Assembly: GCA_050273025.1 (NCBI GenBank)
Contig: CP158635.1
Coordinates: 7,502,001-7,566,000 of the forward strand
DNA length: 64,000 nucleotides
Direction: 5' to 3'
Source: Cenococcum geophilum
Taxonomy: Eukaryota
Each line of letters opens with the position of its first letter. Positions within the stretch are counted from its first letter, which is position 1. The translations under genes were made by a program, and so were the position numbers. A model generated the notes under the pieces. The model saw only the letters and a program-made list of their open reading frames with translations, searched no databases and had not been told where the DNA came from. This document shows positions 1-11,902 of this stretch, one piece after another.

Positions 1-369
1 GGGGAAAAGATAACGTAACGCTGTGTTTTTATTTCCACCCATTTTGCTATAGAAAAAGACTATTAATAATATCTATTAAGATAGTTTCGGAAGTTTATCT
101 ACTAAGTACCAGAAATAACTAATATCGCTAATTATAAGGCTATTAGAGCCGGCAATCTATAGCTACGAGATATAATTATAGAGAGATATACTTATTATAG
201 ATAAAGAGAAAACTAGAATATTTAATATATATATAGTAGGGATAGTAGTTTTGGGTAAAAATAGAAACTACTTATAGTAACAGCATCCTTAATAGGGCCT
301 CTTACCCTCTAAAGAAAACCCCAACAGGCTATAGATAATTTAGATAATAATTACTATAATTTCTATAAT

Positions 370-622
370 GGACAAGGATATTACTATAGTTTTACTAAAG
401 TCCGTCTAGAAAATCTAGCCGTTAAAGGGCTAGAAGTTTGCCCTACTTAAACCGTAAATAACAACTATATATAGTATCTTATCGATATATTTTATATAGA
501 GGGCTATAATAATCTTAATTTAAAGAACCGGGTAAAAGCCTTAATTTATAATAAAGATATTAATAATATCTTATAGGCGTTAGAGATAACAATAGAAGAA
601 TTTATGCAGTATATTAATATAC
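370..622 (+). pseudogene. N-terminal part of RIP-degraded DUF3723-like gene (split by Copia)
   Basis: Manual translation FTKVRLENL...YLIDIFYIEGYNNLNLKNRVKALI resembles the DUF3723-family N-terminus (AKVxL...RLxxIFxxEGCxxLDPxNxVxALI) after reversing RIP changes. Confidence 0.55.
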
Positions 623-3600
623 TGTTGGTTATATAAGGTAATATTACGTAGCTACGGTTCGTAGATAGTATAATAATTGTTATTATATATATTCATCTTG
701 CTTAAGGAAGGGCGAGGAGCTTAGGGCTCCTTGCTACGCTAATACCGCGGCGATATATAACGGCAACTTGCCTCGCATGACGGCAACTTACCTATATTCC
801 CAACACTAGCAACTCTTCTTTTATGGTTGCCATCTATATATATATACCTCTCGACAAGCGTAATAAATATTAATCCTTTTTACTTACCATTGCCATTATA
901 ATATAAGTCTCGCTGTCCTAAAATTTGCCTCTTAGTATATAGTGCTTTTTTACTTAGGAGTCGCAGGTAGATATCTTGTTAGGAGGGCCGCTAAGGCGCT
1001 AGTAGTAAGCGAGCTAATAGCGATTTTCTATCCCGGGGATAGAAAATCCTAATTAGCTAATTTAAGTTAGGGTTTGCAGAATATTATACTCCTACTCCCT
1101 TTTAACCTAACCTTTAACTTATATATATAGAGTATTTATATTAATAAACGTCTCTAGTGCCTTATTTAGGATCGCCTTCGTTATTACATCTACTAGGTTA
1201 TCTTAGCCGTTAATCTATTAAATCTTAAGGAGTTCTTAACGCTTATAGGATTGCTAAAGTGCTATAATATCAATTATAAGGCGCTTCTCCTTTATAGTAC
1301 TAAGCTTAACTAAATACTTATAGAGGGATTATAAGTTGGTATATACAATTATAGGGATAATAAGAAGTTTAAGTCGATCTATAATTATTTTTAGGGTAGT
1401 TCTAATTACAATTGCTATATTAACTCCGCTAACTATTTTATATATCTTTAACACTAGAACGCTTTAAGTAATATACTTATTCTTAGTTAAGCTCTAATAG
1501 ATAAGGTTACCGTAGATTATAAAGTTATTCTCTCTAGTAAATTCGTTTATAATAATAATCTTATATCTTAACTAAGAGCTAAAATCTTTATTATTTATAA
1601 ACGATCTATTAACAAATATAAAGAGCTTAGCGGTGGGAAGATTAATAGGCACGTAGAGTAATCCCTAATTAAGGTGGTTTATTTACTAGAAAAGACGCTT
1701 ATTTAGGGTAAGGATATTATCCTTAGTTAGTTCCTAGTGTTAAGCCGCAATAAAGAGATTAAATAAAGCCTTAGGTTAATAAATAGAAGTAATATAAGCT
1801 TCGCAAGCACGTTGCTCTACATATCCTTGCTTTAGAGAATTAACGTTAATAATATTAATCTTCTTACCTTAACCCTTCTAGCGTAAAGCAATGGAATCCT
1901 TATTTAGGGAGAGAATATATTTATTAAAGAGTAATAGTATTATTAAATTAAGCTTTTCTTTTAGCTTTGCTATAAGATTTGCCTTTACTAGCTTATCTTC
2001 TTTAAGAGCTAAGAATTGGTTATCTCCTAAGATAATTATATTATTAGTTTATATGCCAATAATTCTAAATAGAGTTTCTATAGTTATAATAAGGAAGTAG
2101 GGATTAAATATAGATGTAGTTATTAAAAGCTTCTCTTTATAGTGCTTGCTATAGGTAGTCTACTAATAAGTTCCTGCCTCTGCGATTCTGTATAATGGCT
2201 TAAGCATAACTATAATTATATCTTTAGGATATTAGTAGCGAATTTGCTCTGGAAGGTATACTAATATTAAGCGCTAAAGGTACATCTCTAATTAAGTATA
2301 GGCCTAGGTAATATCTTATAAATAAACTGCTATTTTATTCTTTATTAAGGAGGGAGCTAATATAATAATAACTTGTTAACTAGCTTGTTAAATTATAAAA
2401 AATTGCGTAAGAATTATCTCCTTACTATTGTTGTTATAACCTTAAATAATAAGCCTTAATTTCTTAAATAGGGCATTAGTAGCCTTACCCTTAATTTTAT
2501 TAACTATCCTTAACTTAAAAATACGAACTTTATTAAACTTAGTAGGGTTATACTTCTTAAATTTAAAAACTCTTCTTATAATAAGACCGTCGATCTCCTA
2601 CTTATTAAATGCTTAAAAAGGAGCTCCTAAGGTTATAATATAACCTTCCTTTTAAAGCTGTTTTGCGAGCTTAAAGTTAGCCTTCTCTTTAGCTATTATA
2701 AAAGCCATTAATAACTTAACTCTATTCTTAATGGCGGCAATAAATTATTCTTTAAAATTAATAAGATATTAACGATTTTGTAATCCCTTTGGGTAACCTT
2801 TACCGCGTTATAGTTATAGCGTATCTACTATAATTATATTAGAATTATAGTCGCCTTCTAAAGTACATTAATTATAGTTCTCCTTTAGGGCACCTTTTAG
2901 GGTATCCTATAAAGGCTTAGAATTATTATCTTTATAGTAAGGCTTAATAATAGTTAAATAGAATTAAGTAGGTCTATAAGGCATTTAAATAGTATAAGTT
3001 TAACTATTAATTATAATAAGTTGGTATAGGCCTAACTATCCTCCCTTTTTACGCTATATATATACTTTAGACTAGAGTAGTAGATTAAGTATAGTTAAGG
3101 TATTTAGGCCATTTCTTATTCCTAATATGTTATTAACCTAGCGTATAGTATAAAGATGTTATACCTTCTTTATTGCCTTATAAATAGCCTTAGCTTATTA
3201 TATAATAGAGGGAAATAGTAAAAAATAATTAGTTATTTAAAGGTAGGCGCTAAAGACTAGTAACATAGGTATAAGTCTATTTAGGCCAGCGGAATTATTA
3301 ATAGCTTTAATAGCTATTTATAAGGTAAGTTCTTTACTAGCATCCTTTAGTTCTAAAGAGATAATCTTATATACGCGGCGTAATAGCGCGTAATATTACT
3401 CTACTTTTTTAATACTATTATATGCCTTAACGGGGACTTCCTTAACCTTAATTGCTATTACCTTTATTTATTATTAGAACTCTATAGATAAAAAGTTCTT
3501 TCCTATATTATAGATAATTTAATTAAGGGGTCCTAAATAGATATTAATCTAGTATAACTAAAGGGTATCCTATACGTTTCTAGCTAATATATCTTTTAAA

Positions 3601-5304
3601 AAATGCGCGGCTTAAAAGGAGGTTAAGAAGTTAATAACTTAAAGTACTAATTTGCCGCTAAAATATATAACATTAATAATAATATAGAAGTTAAAGTTAT
3701 AGTTATTCTTAAGGGTGAACTTAAATCGGCCAGGGGACTTCTAGTTTATTTAGTAGTAATAATAATACTTTATAAGATGCTTAATTACCTTAACCTTAAC
3801 TTTATAGCCTACTTACTAAAAAACCTTAAGCAATTAATAAATAGATAGGTGGCTAAAATAATAGTGTAGTTGGCGTAATTCTAACTTAATTAAGTAGCTT
3901 TAAGTAATACTCTTTTCTAGTTAATAAAGGAGTAACTAGGGGTAACCCTATTTACGCATAATAGGTACCTAATTATTTTTCTAAATAAGTATATTCTTAA
4001 GGTTATTAAGCCTAACGCCTAATTTATTTATATTTTTAATGTAAAATAGAAACGGAGTGTTTGTAGGAATAATATAGAAAGTAATATATCCTAAGGGGGT
4101 TTAGACCCTAATTATGCCGAAAAAGATTATAGTACCTTTACTAAAGCAAATTGTATATTAGCCTACTGTTAATTAATTAATCTAAATAGAGCTATTAAGC
4201 TGCTAAAGAGCTTAAACTTAAGGTTCTCCTACTATAGATACTTTTACGGCTTCTATATCCAGTATAATACTATAAAAGACGTACGCTAAGTATCTATTAT
4301 TAAAGGAAAACGTAAAACTCTCCTTTAGCTTATTAAAGATATTTAATTTTGTAATAAAATGGAGCGTAGATTAATTATTAAGAATAGCAACGGTTTATAT
4401 GCCATCTACCTTACTATACTTAGTAAAGTATTAGTTAGGGGAGTAGTCTTTAATTTCTATATTTATAAGGAGCTGTTTAACCTTATTAACCTTACCCTTA
4501 AGATCTTCTACGCCTTTATATTAAACTAGGAAGCTTTAGAAGTAGGCTATAGTAACCTTATAATTTTTAATATTTCTTATACTTTAACGGAACTTATTAT
4601 ATACCTCTTTTCGCTTATTAAGGGAGTGTTTAGTTAACTAGTAATTTAGCTTTTTATAAATATAGTACTTCGTCTAGCAATTATTTTAAAATAAACCTCT
4701 ATAAGGACCTCTATAATTACCTTATAGTTAATATTAATTATACCCTCTTCCGTATTCCCTACTACGGCCACTATATATTTAATTAGTTTAGTTATAATTA
4801 TATTAGTTAGGAATACTTAGTTAGGTAAGGTTTTTAGTATAGAACTATTAAGATTTTTATATTTATATTATAGTACCTACAGTAGAGCGTAGCTTAGTAT
4901 ATACTCCTTTAAACGTATCTATAGGTTTATATAGCGCTAAGTTGCACTTAGGAACGCTATAGCATGTTAAGATAACCTAGTCCCTTAGGCTGTTCTTATT
5001 TTAGTAAGTTTTAGTAAGTCCACGTTAGATTTTCTAAAGTTTATTAAAGAAGAGTTAAAGGTACTCTAAATAAGTCTTTATTGGGTTAGAAGCAATAACT
5101 CTTTAAAATATAGTTTCTTGCTATTTAGATATATAAAGTTAGTAATTCTTATTAGTTTTAAAGTAGGCTTTAATAAGCTAAAGTATTATATTAAAGCTAT
5201 AGTTTTTACCTGTAATATAGTTGTAATGGAATATTACTACCCGTCTCTTTAATATAATAGAGAAAGCGTAGTAGTACTAGTGGCATTAAATTTTAACCTT
5301 ATTA

Positions 5305-6250
5305 GTAGTAGATTTAATTTACCGTCCGACCCGGTCCCCCTAATGGGTCCACGCAGACTAATTCCTATAGGAAAAGCTCATATTACACTGAGAAAACCCA
5401 TTTTTTGGGTGAATAAAAAACCTCTAAGGGAAACGTGAGAGGTAATACTTCCAGATAGCATCCGTACTACATTAACGGGAGGAGAAAAACACCATCAGGT
5501 TGCTGCTTTGAGACTCCCCTTGCGCGAAAGTATCTAAAATGCCTATCTTGCCCTTATCTACCATTTAAACCATTTTTGCCACGTCTATATATTGCCTGTA
5601 TAAAGTTGTGTGCCTATCCCTAGCTCCTTTTCTAAGTCTTCTGTAAATATCTCCTGATAATAATAACGCTTGCGCTCCGCCCGGGCCTGCATACTAAGGT
5701 CTCTTATCCATTCCTTTATTAAAAGGTTTCTATAATGAGGTGTATATAACTTAGTATCGCTTTTGCCCTAGGTCCTAACCCTAGGCCCTTATACCTATTT
5801 GTGAGGTATAGGAGGACGCTCTAGTATTTAATAGGGGTGACTAGTCCCTATAACTAGATACCCAGATTACCAGGTAATATTAAAATAGGGGGCTTCTGCT
5901 ACGCTTAGGGCGCGGATTGTTTGCGTATGTATGTGGTTGCTGTATAGTGTATATAGTATTTATAGGAGGGAGGGGGTACGCCGGAGGGATAATTGCTTGT
6001 TAATTTGAATGACCGAACGTATATAATAGACGTAGTAGCTATATTTAAACTTTTTGCTAGGGCTCACCCCCTAGTGAAAAAATTTCACACCACCACCACC
6101 ACGTTGCTGTGTAGGCGCTGCGCAGCCGTATATACGTCTCTGCGTTTGCTCTAGTAGTCTATTGACACGATTTAAATGGAATATCAATAGTAGCTGCCAG
6201 GTTCCCGGGCTCCACCGCGTGGAGGTGCAGAGGCTGATTTCATCGAGCCC
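5305..6250 (-). mobile_element. 946-bp non-autonomous non-LTR (SINE-like) element with 5' HDV-like ribozyme, inserted in Copia copy 1
   Basis: 12-bp TSD TTAACCTTATTA at 5293-5304 and 6251-6262. The site is empty in Copia copy 2 (~49755-49770). Short (CTA)n tail and LINE-like 3' stem-loop at 5305-5360. Confidence 0.9.
6136..6250 (-). ncRNA. HDV-like self-cleaving ribozyme (predicted)
   Basis: Minus strand reads: P1 GGGCUC/GAGCCC, P2 CUCUGC/GCAGAG, P3 ACC/GGU, L3 UCCACGC, GG for P1.1, long P4 (CUGGCAG..CUAUUGAUA / UGUCAAUAG..CUACUAG), J4/2 GCAAAC. G1 at 6250 abuts the TSD. Confidence 0.82.
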
Positions 6251-7514
6251 TTAACCTTATTATAACAGTTATAAAAGACCTATAGTTTTACTCTAAGTAT
6301 ATTATATAATTCTCCTCTAAACTCCTTCTCTTTATCCAAATATACCTTTATTAGATTTATAACTTCTTATAGTAGAGGGTTACTAGTTAGCTAAAGTAGA
6401 GGAGCTAGAGGTAGCGGAGGTAGAAAAAGAGTACCTTTAGGTAAAAGAGCACCTCTAGGTAGAAGAGTAGCGTTCTAGGGGTTTTATTCCAAATTAAAGT
6501 TACCTTTTAAAAAATATAGGTTAGTTTTAGGTTTCTATAGTTAATATATAATCTTAGCTTCCGTCTATACTAGTTCTTCTATACTAGTAATAACAGCCTA
6601 AATATTACTAGTAATTAGGTTACCGTTCTTAGTAATATATACCCCGTTCCTATAGAGGAAGTCTTAAAAATCCTAAATAATATTAACATTACTAAGTGCC
6701 TAGGTGTTAGCGGTCTATCCTATAAAATCCTCCCTAAAATATTCCTACAGCTATAAATCGGCGTAGTGTTTACTTTAGTAGAATATAATACGGTGTAGAA
6801 AAAACCTATTAACTTATTTTACGGTATGAGTTATTATATTAAAGGTAAATTCGTCCTAATTTTTATTAATAAGTTTCGCGTATAAAGCTACCCCTAGTAG
6901 TAAGAAGTCTTCCCAGTCGTTTAAAGTAGGCATAGCTATATTTTTAGAGGGAGGGAAGTGTTATTAGTATAGGGATTGTCGTTTAGTACGCGTTTGTAAT
7001 ATGTATTTATTATTTAGTATATATTTATAACATGTATTTGCGATTATAGGGCTTAAAACTAGTTCTAGCCTTAAATCGCGAAGACTTATAAAGTATATTA
7101 TTCTGCGTAATAAACGCAAGAATCTATAATCTGGGAAAGGCTTAGGACCAGTTCTGGCCTTTAGATCCTTAGATTTATAGAAGAGTTCTATTTAAGATTT
7201 AGGACCAGTTTTAACCTTAAAAGATAGCTTCCTCTAGTATAAGTAGCACTAGTATAGTAGCTTGTCTCTTCTTGGTAGAATACCTAGCTGTTCTATAGTA
7301 TAATAGTAAAGTTAACTACTAATTAGTGTTGGTTATATAAGGTAATATTACATAGCTACGGTTTGTAGAGAGTATAATGATTGTTATTATATATATTCTT
7401 CTTGCTTAAGGAAGAGTAAGGAGCTTAGGGCTCCTTGCTACGCTAGTGCCGCGGTAACACATAATGGCAACTTACCTCGCGTGACGGCAACTTGCCTATA
7501 TTCCTAACATATAC

Positions 7515-8763
7515 TAAAGACACTTTCCTATAGAGATAGATTATTTATTTATCTAGAAGGTAGACACTAAATTAAGGCGGCGAAGCGATTTTTTAATACC
7601 GATAAGAGGTAGTAGGTAGCAGACTTCTATTTTTTTAGTTAGTTCTTAAATAATAACAAAAAAATATCTAACTAGGTATAGATCTCCCTAATGTCTATAA
7701 AGACGCTTTTTAAACCAACTATTCCTATTCCCGTACCTTCTATAATAGCGATATTTATTATAACTTACGCTATTATAAGTCTTGTAATAATACATAGTAT
7801 AATATTTAGATTAATCGGCTTTTACTAAGTAAGAGAAAAGATATACAAACATTAACTAAAAGGAAGGATAAGTTATTAAGGCGAGCTTTTAATAATCTAA
7901 TAAAGTTTATTGGCCTTTAGGTAATGTTTAAAATAGATACCTTATACTATATCCTAACAATAAAATACAATAAGGTATTAGGTATTTTCTATATAGCTAA
8001 ACGCTAGCTAATCTATATTAGGAGTTTGTCTATTATCTAGAACATATTTAAATAACTTAGTTAGAGATCCTTAGGGAACTTTACCCTTATTATCTAGACT
8101 TTAAAACTATTTATATAATATAACTACTAGCTCCTATATACTTAAACTATAACTAGAAAGAGATTAAATTACAAATAAAAAACGGTTAGTTATTTCCTAC
8201 GGTAAGAGATAAATATAGTAGAAGAGGAATATACTAACGCGCTATAAATATTAAGGGACGCATTCCTTCGCTCCTATTATTTATAAAAAAAATACTAAGT
8301 ATTTAGAGGCTCTAGTAAAGGCTTTAAAGTCCCTATTTTTTATAAATATTAATAAAACTCTCTAGTCCAGTATATATAAAAGCTATTTATATAATATTAG
8401 GGTAAAAATTAAGCTTGCCAAAGGCTCTTTTTACACCATTAAAGTATCTTAAACTATTACACTTTCTATTATAAATAAAACGATATAGCTAGCTACTATG
8501 AGTTACTCTTCGTAGTTAACTAGAATCCCCTACCTTAGGGATAAAAAAGAGTTAAAACTAAAGGTAGTTATTAGCGAATATATATAGTCTTTATTTACCA
8601 GTTTTGCATCTAAGTAAGATTATATATTACTAAAGATAATTAAACTTTAAAAAGAGAGTCCTAACTAGCAGCTTATTTATTATTTTCTTAAAACCTACTT
8701 CCTAGAAAAGCGCTATCGCATTAAGCTATAAATTAAAGTTATTAAATAAAAAATTTGTAATAC
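7515..8763 (+). pseudogene. Core of RIP-degraded DUF3723-like gene (probably continues past 10770)
   Basis: Translated motifs YLEGRH*IKAAKRF..DKR**VADFY, FYNSDIYYNLRYY, AFNNLIKFIGL*...TLYYILTIKYNK and TKYLEALVKALK match recalled DUF3723 motifs (CLxGRHRIxAA..WWxVDLY, FSDGxIY, AFDxL..PGLW, KYLEP) with RIP-type substitutions. Confidence 0.72.
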
Positions 8764-8889
8764 TACATCAGCAAAATGTTTGTGCCTCCTGACAGTACTG
8801 ACAGCTCCTGACAGCTCCTGTCAGGGCTGTCAGGAGCTCCAGGAGACACTCACACTCGGCATCCTGTCAGGAACCTGTCAGGAGGTCGC

Positions 8890-9003
8890 CTGGACCACCA
8901 GGACCACCAGGACCTCCAGGACCTCCAGGACCTCCAGGACCTCCAGGACCTCCAGAACCTCCAGGACCTCCAGGACCATCAGGACCATCAGGACCATCAG
9001 GAC
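8890..9003 (+). repeat. 9-bp tandem repeat (GGACCTCCA/GGACCATCA)n
   Basis: Directly visible, about 12 copies. Confidence 0.95.
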
Positions 9004-9629
9004 AACAATAAAAATTCTAGATTTAAAAATAAGATATATTAACACTCCAGTATTTGCAGCTAGTCAAAAAATATAAAATTAATTTAATTATATAATCTAA
9101 ATAATCCAAATCAATCTTTCCTGTCTACCGCCTGTGTCTGTCATAGAGCTCTACGATCGCTCGGGCGTCGGGCGATCGACTGAGGAGCCTCTCGCGGAGG
9201 CTCCAAATCGTCGATCGGCGGTGTTCCCGATGATCTGCCGGCCGTGTGCTGATTTCCTAACTAGGCCTAGTGCCTGCCTGCCTGCCTACCTGTCTGCCTG
9301 TCCTACCTGTCTGTGCCTGCCTGTCTATGCCTACCTGTCTGTATCTGTAATTCGGGGGAGAGGTCGGCCCGATCGAAGGCTCTGTTTAATTCGATTGCGA
9401 TTGATTGTATTAATTCGAATCGTTCTCTATGGGCGTTCGTTAGCTGTACGTTTGAACGGTGGTCGTCTGGGGTGCCTCCCTAGGAGGCCTTGATTCGATT
9501 TGATTCGGTAATAGGCTAATATCGGGGCTCTGGTTCGATTCGATCGATCGGTCGAATCGATCGTGGTGTTCGCTGGCTGGTCGTTCGAACGATTATCGTC
9601 TGGTTCTGACGACGGTCCTCTCCTACTTG

Positions 9630-9736
9630 CCTGCCTACCTGCCTGCCTACCTACCTACCTACCTACCTACCTACCTACCTACCTACCTACCTACCTACCT
9701 ACCTACCTACCTACCTACCTACCTACCTGCCTGCCT
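9630..9736 (+). repeat. (CCTA/CCTG)n microsatellite
   Basis: Directly visible tetranucleotide run. Confidence 0.95.
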
Positions 9737-9960
9737 GTGTCAGTATCTGATTTAATTCGGGGGAGAGGTCGGCCCGATCGAAGGCTCTAATTAATCCAGG
9801 TCGTTCTCTATGGCCGTTCGCTAGCTGTACATTCGAACGGTAGTCGTCTAGGGTGCCTCCCTAGGAGGCCTTGCTTCGATTCGGTAATGGGCCAATATCA
9901 AATTCGATTAATCGATCAATTGAATCGTTCGTGGTCTTCGCTAGCTGGTTATTCGAAAGG

Positions 9961-10184
9961 TCGTCGTCTAGTTCTGGTAAGGTCGTCTGGTTCTGGCGAC
10001 GGTCGTCTGGTTCTGGCGACGGTCGTCTAGTTCTGGCGACGGTCGTCTGGTTCTGGCGACGGTCGTCTGGTTCTGGCGACGGTCGTCTGGTTCTGGCGAC
10101 GGTCGTCTGGTTCTGGCGACAGTCGTCTGGTTCTGGCGACGGTCGTCTGGTTTTGGCGACGGTCGTCTGGTTTTGGCGACGGTC
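9961..10184 (+). repeat. 20-bp minisatellite (GGTTCTGGCGACGGTCGTCT)n
   Basis: About 11 head-to-tail copies with no spacers. Confidence 0.95.
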
Positions 10185-10979
10185 CTCTGCTAGCTGCCAT
10201 TCTAGTGCCTCCTAAGGGAGGATGTAAGGAAGGGTAAAGAATGGGGTGACTGTAAAGGGGGTAACTTGGCAGAGGCACGTGTAGGCTATCGGGAATATAG
10301 CGGGGACCCGATAGCACTGTGTGTTGCGCGCACGCGCACATAGGGTCGTGTCGCATTAGGGGGGAGGCATCCCATTGGGGGGGGTATCATAGTGGGGAGG
10401 GTGTCGCATTGGGGGGGTGTCTTGAGGGGTGTGCATAGGTGTCGCTTTGGGGGGGGGGGGGTTTAGGAGGAGTGTCGCTTAGGGGTATCCTGTCAGGAAC
10501 CTAACAGGACGATCAGGAAAATTAAGATCCTGCCAGGAGCCTGTCAGGAACAATCAGGAAATACTAGTTTCCTATCAGGACCCTAACAGGATCGTAAGAG
10601 GACGATCAGGAAATCAAAGATCCTACCAGGAGCCTGTCAGGACAACCAGGACGATCAGGAAAATCAAAATCCTGCCAGGAGCCTACCAGGACGATCAGGA
10701 CCTCCAAGAAAGTCAAAATCCTATCAGGAGGCCTCCAGGATCTTAGCACCCCAACAAAATGCTGATGTATAAAGGATATTACAGCCCGTAATATACAGAA
10801 ACCCCTTTTATTACTTACTTAAGATATATAAAAGTACCCTATAACTTACCTTTATAGACACCCTTTTAATAAATCTTATTAAATTAATCAAGAATATCTT
10901 TATTTAAAATTTATTCATTTACTAGTAAAAAGGGAGCCAGAGTTATATATTAGCTTATTTGTAGTTAAAAGAGATATTT

Positions 10980-11596
10980 ATTTCTTCTTCTTTAGCTACC
11001 TAACGGTAGAGGTAGAATTTCTTACGTTATTCTTAGAACTTTTTAGTAATACCAATATAAATATAGTTTCTCTATTATATTTATCCTTTAAAGTCTCTAA
11101 TACTTTCTCTAATTTACTATCTATCTCTAGCTTACTCTAGCTTACTTTACCTAACTTAGGCAAACTAGAGTAGATACTAGAGTAAGAGTAAAAATAGGTA
11201 CTAGAGCTAGAGCTAGAGCTAAAGTAGGCGCTAGAGCTAGAGTAAGAGTAAAAGTAGGCGCTAGAGCTAAAGTAAAAGTAAAAGTAGGTACTAAAGCTAG
11301 AGTAAAAATAAGAGCAGGCACTAAAGCTAGAGTAAGAGTAAGAGTAGGTGCTAGAGCTAGAGCAAAAGCAGGCGCTAAAGCTAAAGTAAGAGTAAGAGCG
11401 GGTGCTAGGGCCGTAGTAGGGGCGGGTGCTAGACTAACTGGGTTATTATTACGGCAGCTAAGATACCCTTTAGAGATATAGGATATTGCTAATCTATTAG
11501 AATAAGAAGTAACCTATAGGTCTTTCCCGTTCCTATAACCAAATTAATAAAATAATTTAGTAAAAGCTATCTAGCTATTTTCCATCATTTTCTATT
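10980..11596 (-). pseudogene. 3' part of unidentified RIP-degraded gene with Ala/Pro-repeat region, interrupted by the LINE
   Basis: Minus-strand reading SLAPAPTTALAPALTLTLALAP... (RIP-eroded APAPAP), followed by a charged tail ending KKKK*. The flank resumes after the LINE TSD at 34941. Confidence 0.4.
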
Positions 11597-11902
11597 TATA
11601 GAAAAGAAATAATAATAATAATTCATTGCTTAACGTCCGATTTGGATCCCTATTAGGCCTATGCGGACTACTCCTTATTTACATATAGGGAGAAAACTCT
11701 ATTTAAGAAAAATAAGAAAACCCCGTAATCCATCTCCCCGCCTTTTAGGACTCGCCTACTTAACGCCTATAAGTCGCCTATAGTGCTCTACTACCTTACT
11801 ATTTAACCTTTTTAGGAACCACTACTGCCGTAACAAGCCTATGGACGCGCTAGTATTATAAACTATTACTCTACTACTATAGAGTTACTAGGGGGCACCT
11901 AC

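Larger units (their letters stand above)
623..7509 (-). mobile_element. Ty1/Copia LTR retrotransposon, copy 1 (RIP-inactivated)
   Basis: 183-bp LTRs TG...CA at 623-805 and 7327-7509. 5-bp TSD TATAC at 618-622 and 7510-7514. Minus-strand RNase H-like peptide (VSGVNIAIVIRTTLK...KLSTIKEKRLIIDIIAL) near 1260-1440. Colinear with 45330-50832. Confidence 0.95.
8766..10767. mobile_element. 2-kb non-autonomous TIR DNA element, TA TSD, with subterminal repeat arrays
   Basis: Ends CATCAGCAaaatGTT / AACaaaaTGCTGATG. TA at 8764-8765 and 10768-10769. Many TCCTGTCAGGA/CAGGAC-type repeats at both ends. No transposase ORF. Confidence 0.8.

Noticed and set aside
1891..2100. ORFs 1891..2100 and 46353..46604 as a duplicated gene
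   Set aside because: Both are antisense to the Copia RT region.
9630..9736. Interstitial telomeric repeat
   Set aside because: The unit is CCTA, not CCCTAA; likely a RIP-modified (CCTG)n microsatellite.
8780..10356. ORF-track ORFs in the TIR element
   Set aside because: They are translations of micro- and minisatellites with no domain signal.
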